NCBI GenBank assembly: GCA_039815185.1
Contig: JBCBZT010000004.1
Span: 32,001-96,000, forward strand
Direction of reading: 5' to 3'
From: Cyanobacteria bacterium P01_A01_bin.123
GTDB lineage: Bacteria > Cyanobacteriota > Cyanobacteriia > Phormidesmidales > Phormidesmidaceae
Length of the DNA: 64,000 nt
Within the stretch, counting starts at the first letter, position 1; every line of letters starts with the position of its first letter. Positions 49,917 through 58,052 of this stretch are shown here, in pieces. A program made the position numbers and the translations under genes. The notes under the pieces are model-generated. The model saw only the letters and a program-made list of their open reading frames with translations. It searched no databases and was not told the origin of the DNA.

Positions 49917-52805
49917 ATGATGAAGCGCTCTAGATGGCGATCGCGTTTAATAGCCGTAACCCTAGCGATCGCGACATGGCTGTTAGTGACGGTGCCCGCA
50001 CAATCCACTCTCCCTTTCAATTGGGAAGACAATGTCTGGCTGCAGACAGTTGCGAATCGTCAAAATGTCCAGCAAAACAATGTCCTGCGAACAAAGCAAC
50101 AAGATTCAGGGCAGACAGTCTTGCTGAGGGTTGAAGGGGTTTTAGAAACAGGTGATCTAGCTTTCGAGGATGGCAGCCTCTACGACGTTCATCCCTTTGA
50201 AGGCGAATCAGGGCAAGCCATCACGATTCACATGATGAGTGACGAATTTGACACTTATTTAATCCTGGTCAATGCAGAAGGAGAAGCCATTGGCAGAAAT
50301 GACGATTCAACATCCTTAGAAACCAACTCAACCCTGACAATATTGCTGCCTGAAACAGGGACTTATCGCATCATTGCTAACGCGTTTGATGCCACTGGAC
50401 AAGGAAACTATCAAATAACGGTTTCAATCGCGAGTGATTTTGAGGTTCAGCAATTAGAAGCTGATCGTTTGTTCCTCCAAGGCGGTCAGCAATATCAAGT
50501 CAGCCAGTTTCAAGCTGCTTTGCAGTCTTGGCAGCAAGCCTTAGAGATTTATCAATCCATCGGCATGTCTGAAACAGCAGTTTACGCCTTAAGCGGTATA
50601 GGCAATGCCTATTTTTCCCTAGGTCAATATCAGCAAGCCAGCAGTTTTTACCATCAATCTTTAGAGATGGCTGATGATCTCGGCGATCGCCAAGCCCAAG
50701 CCACTGCTCTTGGCAACTTAGGTCTGATTTACGAAGCTTTAGGTCAATATCAGCAAGCGATTGAATCGCATCAGCAATCCTTAGCTGTCGATCGCGCCAT
50801 TAACAATCGTCGAGGAGAAGCCGTTTCCCTAGGCAACTTGGGTAATGTCTATTATTTTCTAGGTCAATATCAACGAGCCATTGAGTTTCATCAGCAATCG
50901 TTGGCTATCAATCGCAACATCAGCAATCGTCAAGGAGAAGCCGTTTCCCTAGGGAATTTAGGGCTTGCCCATGGCGCATTAGACCAGTATCAGCAGGCAA
51001 TTGACTTGCATCAGCAATCGTTGGCTATCAATCGCGATATTGGTAATCGTCAGGGAGAAAACACGACCCTCGATAATTTAGGGAGTGTCTATTATTCATT
51101 GGGTCAATATCAGCAAGCACTTGACTTGTATCAGCAAGCTTTGGACATCGCTCTCGAAATTGGCGATCGCCAAGGCGAAGGCAACCTCCTTGTCAATCTG
51201 GGTGAAATTCACAATGCCCTGGGTCAATATCAGCAAGCGCTTGACTTGTATCAGCAAGCCTTGGGTATTGCTCGCGAAATTAGCGATCGTCAAGTGGAAG
51301 CCATTGCTCTTAATAACCTCGGTTCGTTGTTCATCAGCACCAATCAATGGGCTGAAGCTGAAATCGCACTAACACAATCTATCGAAGCCTACGAATTACT
51401 GCGAACTGATTTAAGCGATACTCAACTCATCTCTATCGCCGATACCCAAGCCGCTACCTATGCCCACCTAGAAAAGGCATTAACCGCCCAAGGCAAAACA
51501 GCCGAGGCACTAGAAACCACAGAACGCGCCCGCGCTCGCGCCTTCGTGCTGCAACTTGCGAGCCGCCTCTCCAACCCGGAAGAACCAGTTGCCCCAGATG
51601 GCTCTAATCTAGATGGCTCTAACGGTGTAAATTCTGCTTCTATTGCTGAGATTCAGCAAATCGCCCGCAACCAAAACGCCACACTCGTCACCTACTCCCT
51701 GATTTTCGATGAAGCTTTGTATATCTGGGTCGTGCAACCCTCCGGCGAGGTTGAGTTTCGCTCGGTGGAATTGGGTGAGTCTGATAGTCTCCCCAACCCT
51801 ATTGCCACGATTGATGGCCCCGTTTATCGCGGTGATTCAGATGCTTCAGAACTAGACACCTTAGTTGCCGAGACGCGGGCAGGCATTGGGGTTGTGGCTA
51901 ACAGCATTCCTTCTGAACGACTCAAAGACTTGCACCAGATTTTGATTGATCCAATCGCAGATTTACTCCCGACTGATCCCAATGCAAATGTCGTTTTCGT
52001 GCCCCAAGGGAGTCTCTTCTTAGTGCCGTTTGCGGCCTTGCAAGATACTGACGGCACCTACCTGATCGAAAAACACACGGTATTAACTGCCCCGTCAATT
52101 CAGGTGTTAGGGCTAGTGTCTAGGGACGCCCCTGGCCAGAGCAGTGCAGCGTTGTTACAACAAGATAACGCCTTAGTGGTGGGGAATCCGCTCATGCCAG
52201 AGGTTGTCGTTCTGGGTGATGAGGGACTACAACCCATTCGACTTGCTCCCTTACCTGGAGCCGAAGCTGAAGCTTTAGACATTGGCAATTTCCTCAACAT
52301 TTCGCCCTTGATTGGCGATCAAGCCACCGAAGCCCAGATTAAGCAACAGCTTCCCACGGCTTCCCTAATTCACCTGGCAACTCACGGCTTGCTCGAATAT
52401 GGTGACCCCCAATCTTCCGGCGTTCTAGATTTACCGGGTGCCCTGGCCCTCACCCCTGGCGATGGCGAAGACGGATTGCTGACTGCCGCCGAGATTCTAG
52501 AAATGGACTTGCAGGCCGAGCTAGCGGTTCTAAGTGCTTGCGATACAGGGCGTGGACGAATTACGGGAGACGGTGTGGTAGGGCTGTCGCGCTCCTTAAT
52601 TACAGCTGGCGTCCCCAGCGTAATTGTGTCGCTGTGGGCGGTTCCCGATGCGCCCACAGCTGCGTTGATGACGGAATTTTATCGTCAGCTCCAGCAGGGG
52701 CGGAGCAAGGCTCAGGCGCTACGGCAGGCGATGTTAGCAACGTTGAACGATTCACCGGAACCAGTCAATTGGGCAGCGTTTACATTAATGGGAGCAATCG
52801 AGTAG
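49917..52805 (+). CDS. PPC-TPR-CHAT protein, copy 3
   Basis: Same architecture, with HLATHG and LSACDTG. Confidence 0.92.
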   Translation: MMKRSRWRSRLIAVTLAIATWLLVTVPAQSTLPFNWEDNVWLQTVANRQNVQQNNVLRTKQQDSGQTVLLRVEGVLETGDLAFEDGSLYDVHPFEGESGQAITIHMMSDEFDTYLILVNAEGEAIGRNDDSTSLETNSTLTILLPETGTYRIIANAFDATGQGNYQITVSIASDFEVQQLEADRLFLQGGQQYQVSQFQAALQSWQQALEIYQSIGMSETAVYALSGIGNAYFSLGQYQQASSFYHQSLEMADDLGDRQAQATALGNLGLIYEALGQYQQAIESHQQSLAVDRAINNRRGEAVSLGNLGNVYYFLGQYQRAIEFHQQSLAINRNISNRQGEAVSLGNLGLAHGALDQYQQAIDLHQQSLAINRDIGNRQGENTTLDNLGSVYYSLGQYQQALDLYQQALDIALEIGDRQGEGNLLVNLGEIHNALGQYQQALDLYQQALGIAREISDRQVEAIALNNLGSLFISTNQWAEAEIALTQSIEAYELLRTDLSDTQLISIADTQAATYAHLEKALTAQGKTAEALETTERARARAFVLQLASRLSNPEEPVAPDGSNLDGSNGVNSASIAEIQQIARNQNATLVTYSLIFDEALYIWVVQPSGEVEFRSVELGESDSLPNPIATIDGPVYRGDSDASELDTLVAETRAGIGVVANSIPSERLKDLHQILIDPIADLLPTDPNANVVFVPQGSLFLVPFAALQDTDGTYLIEKHTVLTAPSIQVLGLVSRDAPGQSSAALLQQDNALVVGNPLMPEVVVLGDEGLQPIRLAPLPGAEAEALDIGNFLNISPLIGDQATEAQIKQQLPTASLIHLATHGLLEYGDPQSSGVLDLPGALALTPGDGEDGLLTAAEILEMDLQAELAVLSACDTGRGRITGDGVVGLSRSLITAGVPSVIVSLWAVPDAPTAALMTEFYRQLQQGRSKAQALRQAMLATLNDSPEPVNWAAFTLMGAIE

Positions 52806-52831
52806 TCGGTCGATTTTTTTGAGACGGGGCA

Positions 52832-55468
52832 ATGATAAAGCGCTTTAGATGGCGATCGCGATTAATGGCCTTAACCTTAGCAGTGGCAATCTGGCTGTGG
52901 GTCACGGTGTCAGCTCAATCAACTTACCCTGCTTATCCAGAAGGCAATGGTCTACCACAGGTAGCTTTTAGCCATGAGACCCGTCAAACTAAGCAGCAAG
53001 ACTCGGATGGCACGGTCTTACTTGAAGTCGAAGGCACCTTAGAAACGGGCGATTTAACGCTTGAGAATGGCAGTCTCTACGATATTCATCCCTTTGAAGG
53101 TGAAGCCGGGCAGGTCATCACGATTCAGATGATCAGTGATGAGTTTGACACGTTTATCGGGTTGGTAAACCCCGCGAGACAACCCATTGGTGAAAACAAC
53201 GACACAACGGCCTCAGAGACGAACTCAACCCTGACGATAACGCTGCCTGAAGCCGGAATGTATTTGATTATTGCCATTGCCTTTAATGACGCCGGGCAAG
53301 GGAACTATCGGTTAATCGTTTCAACCGCTAACCCCGCTGAAATTCAGCGATTAGAAGCTAACCATCTGCTCGATCAAGGCAATCAATACTATCGAACCAG
53401 CCAGTTTCAAGCCGCGCTGGAATCTTGGCAGCAAGCGTTAGACCGTTATCAATCGATTGGCGAAACCTATGGCACGAGCAAAGCTCTACGCACCAGCGAA
53501 GCGATCACGCTAGACCACTTGGGTCTTGCTTACTATGCTCTGGGTCAATATCAGCAGGCGATTGAGTTCCATCAGCAAGCCTTAGCAATTGTTCGCGAAA
53601 TCGAGCTTCCTCAACTGGAAGCAAACACGCTGGACAACTTGGGACGGACTTACTATGCTCTGGAACAGTATCAGCAGTCGCTTGAATCCTATCAGCAAGT
53701 GTTGGAGATTGCTCGCGAAGTCGGCGATCGTGAGGATGAGGCCGACGCTCTGAGCAACTTAGGACTCGCCTATCATGCCCTAGGCCAATATGAACGTGCT
53801 ATTGACGTTTATCAGCAATCGCTGGCAATCGCTGGCAACATCGGCGATCGCCAAGGGGAAGCGAATGCCCTCAACAATCTTGGCGGTGTTTATGATGCTT
53901 TGGGTCAATCTCAGCGCGCGATCGCGTCTTATCAGCAGTCTCTAGACATTACCCGCGACATCAGCGATCGCAGCGGTGAAGCCAAGTCTCTGAGTAACTT
54001 AGGTCTATCGTTGATCAACACCGATCAACTCGCTGAAGCTGAAAGCGTCCTCGCGCAATCCGTTGAAATCTTTGAATCCCTGCGAACTGACTTACCTGAT
54101 GCCCAACTTATTGCACTCGCAGATACCCAAGCCGCTACCTACACACTGCTAGAACAAGTGTTGATAGCTCAAGGTAAAACCGCTGAAGCCCTGGAAACCA
54201 CAGAACGTGCTCGCGCCCGCGCCTTCGTACTGCAACTTGCGAGGCGTCTCTCAAACCGGGAAGAGCCCACTACCATAGCCGAACCCGAAGCCATAGCGCT
54301 GCCCACGATTGCCGAAATTCAGCAAACTGCCCGTGACCAAAACGCCACACTGGTGACCTATTCTCTGATTTTTGATCAAGCCTTGTATATATGGGTCGTG
54401 CAACCTTCCGGAGAGATTGAGTTTCGCTCAGTTGGGTTTGACGGGTCTGGCAGTCTCTCGAACCCGATCGCCGCCATTGATGGCCCAGTCTATCGGGGCA
54501 ACTCAAACCCCTCAGAACTCAACACCCTAATCGCAAACTCACGCAGAGGCATTGGCGTTGTCGAAGGAATTTCCACTGAACAACTCAAGGCACTGCACCA
54601 AGTGCTGATTGATCCAATTGCCGATTTGTTGCCCACCGATCCAGAAACCAATGTTGTTTTCATCCCTCAAGGCAGTTTATTCCTGATTCCCTTTGCAGCA
54701 CTGCAAAATGCGGCGGGAACTTACTTGATTGAAGCGCACACGGTGTTGACTGCGCCGTCGATTCAGGTATTGGATTTAACGAGTCAGGAAGCCCAAGGGG
54801 GGAGAAGAGAAGGGTTTTTATTGCACGATAGGGCATTGGTGGTAGGAAATCCAGTGATGCCTGAGGTGTGGCTACCGAGTGAAGATGGCTTACAAGCGTT
54901 ACAGCTTGTGCCCCTTCCTGGTGCAGAAGTCGAAGCGTTGGCGGTTGGCGATTTTTTAGACGTTGCACCATTGATTGGCGATCAAGCCACCGAAGCGCAG
55001 GTCAAACAGCAGCTTGCCAATGCTTCGCTGATTCACTTCGCGACCCATGGCTTGCTGGAATATGGCGACCCTCAAGCTTCCGGAGTGCTGGATATACCAG
55101 GCGCTCTAGCCCTGACTCCCGGCAATGGCGAAGATGGCTTACTGACGGCAGCTGAGATTCTAGAGATGGACTTGCAGGCCGAGCTAGCAGTTCTCAGCGC
55201 CTGCGATACAGGACGGGGGCGGATTACGGGAGATGGTGTGGTCGGACTGTCGCGCTCCTTAATTACAGCTGGTGTGCCCAGCGTGGTCGTATCGCTATGG
55301 GCGGTTCCCGATGCACCGACAGCGGCGTTGATGACGGAATTTTATCGTCAACTCCAACAGGGGCAAACCAAGTCTCAAGCTTTACGGCAGGCCATGTTAG
55401 TGACCCTAAAGAATTCTCCAGAACCCATCAACTGGGCAGCGTTTACGCTGATTGGCGCATCAGATTAG
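52832..55468 (+). CDS. PPC-TPR-CHAT protein, copy 4 (fewer TPRs)
   Basis: Same architecture in 878 aa, with HFATHG and LSACDTG. Confidence 0.92.
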   Translation: MIKRFRWRSRLMALTLAVAIWLWVTVSAQSTYPAYPEGNGLPQVAFSHETRQTKQQDSDGTVLLEVEGTLETGDLTLENGSLYDIHPFEGEAGQVITIQMISDEFDTFIGLVNPARQPIGENNDTTASETNSTLTITLPEAGMYLIIAIAFNDAGQGNYRLIVSTANPAEIQRLEANHLLDQGNQYYRTSQFQAALESWQQALDRYQSIGETYGTSKALRTSEAITLDHLGLAYYALGQYQQAIEFHQQALAIVREIELPQLEANTLDNLGRTYYALEQYQQSLESYQQVLEIAREVGDREDEADALSNLGLAYHALGQYERAIDVYQQSLAIAGNIGDRQGEANALNNLGGVYDALGQSQRAIASYQQSLDITRDISDRSGEAKSLSNLGLSLINTDQLAEAESVLAQSVEIFESLRTDLPDAQLIALADTQAATYTLLEQVLIAQGKTAEALETTERARARAFVLQLARRLSNREEPTTIAEPEAIALPTIAEIQQTARDQNATLVTYSLIFDQALYIWVVQPSGEIEFRSVGFDGSGSLSNPIAAIDGPVYRGNSNPSELNTLIANSRRGIGVVEGISTEQLKALHQVLIDPIADLLPTDPETNVVFIPQGSLFLIPFAALQNAAGTYLIEAHTVLTAPSIQVLDLTSQEAQGGRREGFLLHDRALVVGNPVMPEVWLPSEDGLQALQLVPLPGAEVEALAVGDFLDVAPLIGDQATEAQVKQQLANASLIHFATHGLLEYGDPQASGVLDIPGALALTPGNGEDGLLTAAEILEMDLQAELAVLSACDTGRGRITGDGVVGLSRSLITAGVPSVVVSLWAVPDAPTAALMTEFYRQLQQGQTKSQALRQAMLVTLKNSPEPINWAAFTLIGASD

Positions 55469-55529
55469 TCATGATGATGAGATCTTAGTAGCGATCGGTG
55501 ACTGAAGTTGCAACATCGACCGCGATCGC

Positions 55530-55562
55530 AAGAAATGCTCCCATCTCTAAAGATGGGAGCAT
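55530..55562 (-). terminator. Probable intrinsic terminator for psbA, possibly bidirectional
   Basis: Perfect 12-bp stem atgctcccatct/agatgggagcat with a 4-nt loop, followed by TTCTT on the minus strand. Confidence 0.65.
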
Positions 55563-55601
55563 GACAATCATCACAACTACAAAACAACAGCGCTGGGGCA
55601 A

Positions 55602-55706
55602 TATAGCAGTCGCCAGTCTGGTTAGGACACGACTGCGAGCCAGATTGCTTGTGGACTCAGCACCCCAGCGATACTCGGTGCATTAGGCAATCTGGCCAGC
55701 GCTATA
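55602..55706 (+). repeat. 105-bp dispersed structured repeat, full copy E
   Basis: TATAGC...GCTATA termini with hairpins gcagtcg/cgactgc and gccagattgc/gcaatctggc. It ends 1 bp from the psbA stop codon. Confidence 0.88.
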
Positions 55707-55707
55707 T

Positions 55708-56805
55708 TTAGCCGATAGACGGTGATCCAGGGGTTGCCACTGGCACAACATCATTAGCTGCCAAATCGAGCGGAAAGTTATGCGCATTGCGCTCGTGCAT
55801 CACTTCCATGCCTAGATTGGCTCGGTTAATCACATCTGCCCAAGTGCCAATTACACGACCCTGTGTATCCAAAATGGACTGATTGAAATTAAATCCATTC
55901 AGGTTGAATGCCATGGTGCTGATGCCCAATGCTGTAAACCAGATACCGAACACGGGCCAAGCGGCAAGGAAAAAGTGGAGTGACCGACTATTGGCCTTGA
56001 CACCCAAAACGATCTCATTGGTTCGCCCTACCAGACGACCAAAGTAGCCATGGGCCGCCATGATGTTGTAGGTTTCCTCTTCTTGACCAAACTTGTAGCC
56101 GTAGTTCTGAGACTCAGTCTCGGTGGTTTCCCGAACTAAGGTAGAGGTCACTAGGGAGCCGTGCATCGCACTAAAAAATGCACCGCCAAATACCCCCGCT
56201 ACACCCAACATGTGGAAGGGGTGCATCAAGATGTTGTGCTCAGCTTGGAACACGAACATGAAGTTGAAGGTACCCGAGATACCCAAGGGCATGCCATCAG
56301 AGAAGGAACCCTGACCCAAGGGGTAAACCAAGAACACAGCGGTAGCTGCGGAAACGGGTGCAGAGTAAGCCACACAAATCCAAGGACGCATGCCCAATCG
56401 GTAGGACAGCTCCCACTGACGACCCAGATAAGAAAAAATGCCGATGAGGAAGTGGAAGACAATGAACTGGTAAGGCCCACCGTTGTACAACCACTCATCG
56501 AGGGAAGCTGCTTCCCAGATGGGGTAGAAGTGCAGGCCAATGGCGTTGGAGGAAGGTACCACTGCACCGGAGATGATGTTGTTGCCGTACATCAAGGAAC
56601 CGGCAACGGGCTCACGGATACCGTCGATGTCAACGGGAGGAGCGGCGATGAAGGCGATGACGAAGCAGGTGGTGGCAGTCAGCAGCGTGGGGATCATCAA
56701 TACGCCAAACCAACCTACATAGAGGCGGTTTTCGGTGGAGGTGATCCAGTTACAAAACCGCTGCCACAGATTGACGCGATCGCGTCTCTGCAGAGTTGTG
56801 GTCAT
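55708..56805 (-). CDS. psbA: Photosystem II D1 protein, atypical variant with remodelled QB loop (365 aa)
   Basis: Unambiguous D1 sequence. Y161, D170, E189, H190, H198, H215, H252, H272, H332, E333, H337, D342 and A344 (standard numbering) are present. IFQYASFN is replaced by [13 protein letters not shown]. Confidence 0.97.
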   Translation of the reverse strand: MTTTLQRRDRVNLWQRFCNWITSTENRLYVGWFGVLMIPTLLTATTCFVIAFIAAPPVDIDGIREPVAGSLMYGNNIISGAVVPSSNAIGLHFYPIWEAASLDEWLYNGGPYQFIVFHFLIGIFSYLGRQWELSYRLGMRPWICVAYSAPVSAATAVFLVYPLGQGSFSDGMPLGISGTFNFMFVFQAEHNILMHPFHMLGVAGVFGGAFFSAMHGSLVTSTLVRETTETESQNYGYKFGQEEETYNIMAAHGYFGRLVGRTNEIVLGVKANSRSLHFFLAAWPVFGIWFTALGISTMAFNLNGFNFNQSILDTQGRVIGTWADVINRANLGMEVMHERNAHNFPLDLAANDVVPVATPGSPSIG

Positions 56806-56840
56806 GGTTAAGGATAAAGAAAAACGACATGATAAAGCAG

Positions 56841-56927
56841 TTAACTAACTAGATAGTTAAACTAACTTGTTAGTTAATTTAAAGTAGGAATTTAAATCTG
56901 TCAATGACTTTTTAACTAGTTAGTTAA
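56841..56927. promoter_or_regulatory. Three palindromic operator-like boxes (consensus AACTAACnnGTTAGTT)
   Basis: ttaactaactagatagttaa (56841-56860), aactaacttgttagtt (56860-56875) and taactagttagttaa (56913-56927), between psbA and the divergent TetR gene. Confidence 0.8.
56876..56904 (-). promoter_or_regulatory. Sigma70-type promoter of psbA
   Basis: On the minus strand: TTGACA (56904-56899), a 17-bp spacer, then TAAATT (56881-56876). Confidence 0.75.
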
Positions 56928-56994
56928 TTTCTTGCGAGAAGCTACCCTGGCTGAACCCAGATGGAGCATCGTATTCTAGGTATAGACACCTTGT

Positions 56995-57669
56995 ATGGAG
57001 CCCGTAGTGAAGTCATCAGCCAAAGGCAAACGATCCGCGACAACTCGAACAGTCCGCAATCCAGAATCTACCAAGGCGCAAATTCTAGATGCTGCTGAGG
57101 AAGAGTTTGCCCGCTATGGGTTGGCAGGAGCCCGAACCGAGCCAATCGCCGCCAATACAGGCGTGACTAAAGCCATGATTCACTACTACTTCGGTACTAA
57201 AGAAGAGCTGTATCAGGCTGTTTTGAAGCGCCACGCAGCGTCTTTTCTAAATGCGGTTGAGCAGCTCGATCTAAATGATTTATCACCTGAAGAAGCCCTA
57301 AAGAAGATTCTGAGGCTTGCTGTCGTGCACGAAAGTACGCAGCCCTATCAAGGTAAAGTTCTGCTCCACGAAGCGATGACCAATGAGGGTAAATATTTCA
57401 AGCTCACGGGATGGGAAGTTCCACTCGGTACATTGGCAGAAGTTTTAGCAAGAGGCGTCAAGGAGGGCTGTTTTCGCACCCTCGATCCTTGGTTAACGAT
57501 GGTTCACATTATGGGGGTGATAACCTTTTACTTCAACGCAGCCAATAACCTTAAGCAACTTGCGCCCTTGAACGACTGTCAAAGTCCAGAAGCAATTGAG
57601 CAATTTGAAGAGTCTGCGATCGCGTTTATCCTAGCAGGTATACTCAAGCAGCCTTTAGTGGACGATTAG
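56995..57669 (+). CDS. TetR/AcrR family transcriptional regulator
   Basis: N-terminal HTH ILDAAEEEFARYGLAGARTEPIAANTGVTKAMIHYYFGTKEELY and a C-terminal ligand-binding domain with GVKEGCFR. Confidence 0.94.
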   Translation: MEPVVKSSAKGKRSATTRTVRNPESTKAQILDAAEEEFARYGLAGARTEPIAANTGVTKAMIHYYFGTKEELYQAVLKRHAASFLNAVEQLDLNDLSPEEALKKILRLAVVHESTQPYQGKVLLHEAMTNEGKYFKLTGWEVPLGTLAEVLARGVKEGCFRTLDPWLTMVHIMGVITFYFNAANNLKQLAPLNDCQSPEAIEQFEESAIAFILAGILKQPLVDD

Positions 57670-57721
57670 GCTCACAAGGGTTCATCGTGGTCTGGCTGTT
57701 CGGCATCGCCTTCAACACTAA

Positions 57722-57976
57722 CTAGTCCGCTTCTGGATCAATACCGAGTTCACGCAGTCTAGCAGCCAAGACTTCAGCTCGTTGCCGTTCCTGTGCAGCC
57801 TGCTGTTGGGCTGTGGGCTGGACGAAACCTGCGGCCTCAAGAGCATCGGTGAGCGCGGCGGCAAGGGCAGGTTGCTGGATATTTTCCACAGGGTTATCGG
57901 GTAAAACATAATCTGCGGGGAGTGCCTCCCAAGTGATGGTCGGGCTTTGTTGGGTGGGGCGGACTTGCAAAACCAT
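57722..57976 (-). pseudogene. Internally deleted Uma2 (DUF820) endonuclease-family gene
   Basis: A Uma2-type N-terminus (ITWEALPADYVLPDNPVENIQQPALAAALTDAL) is fused in frame to the typical tail QERQRAEVLAARLRELGIDPE. The nuclease core is absent. Confidence 0.75.
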
Positions 57977-58052
57977 GAAATGACCTCCCAGACGCAGGGC
58001 CTATCAGCACTATCCCTTTCATCATAAGTGCAATCAGAGATAGGATAAGCGT

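Noticed and set aside
43940..55468. CHAT proteases as part of a type III-E CRISPR (Craspase) system
   Set aside because: There is no gRAMP/Cas7-11, no array and no csx30/31-like gene nearby, and the proteins carry export signals.
55708..56805. psbA as rogue D1, chlorophyll f synthase, microaerobic D1' or a pseudogene
   Set aside because: All Mn-cluster ligands are retained, G80/F158/T286 are unchanged, there is no far-red gene cluster, and the ORF, promoter and terminator are intact.
56161..56811. 216-aa ORF antisense to psbA and similar shadow ORFs (for example 62139-62582, 31168-31635, 16565-17002)
   Set aside because: They lie opposite well-supported genes, are explained by codon bias and have no recognisable motifs.
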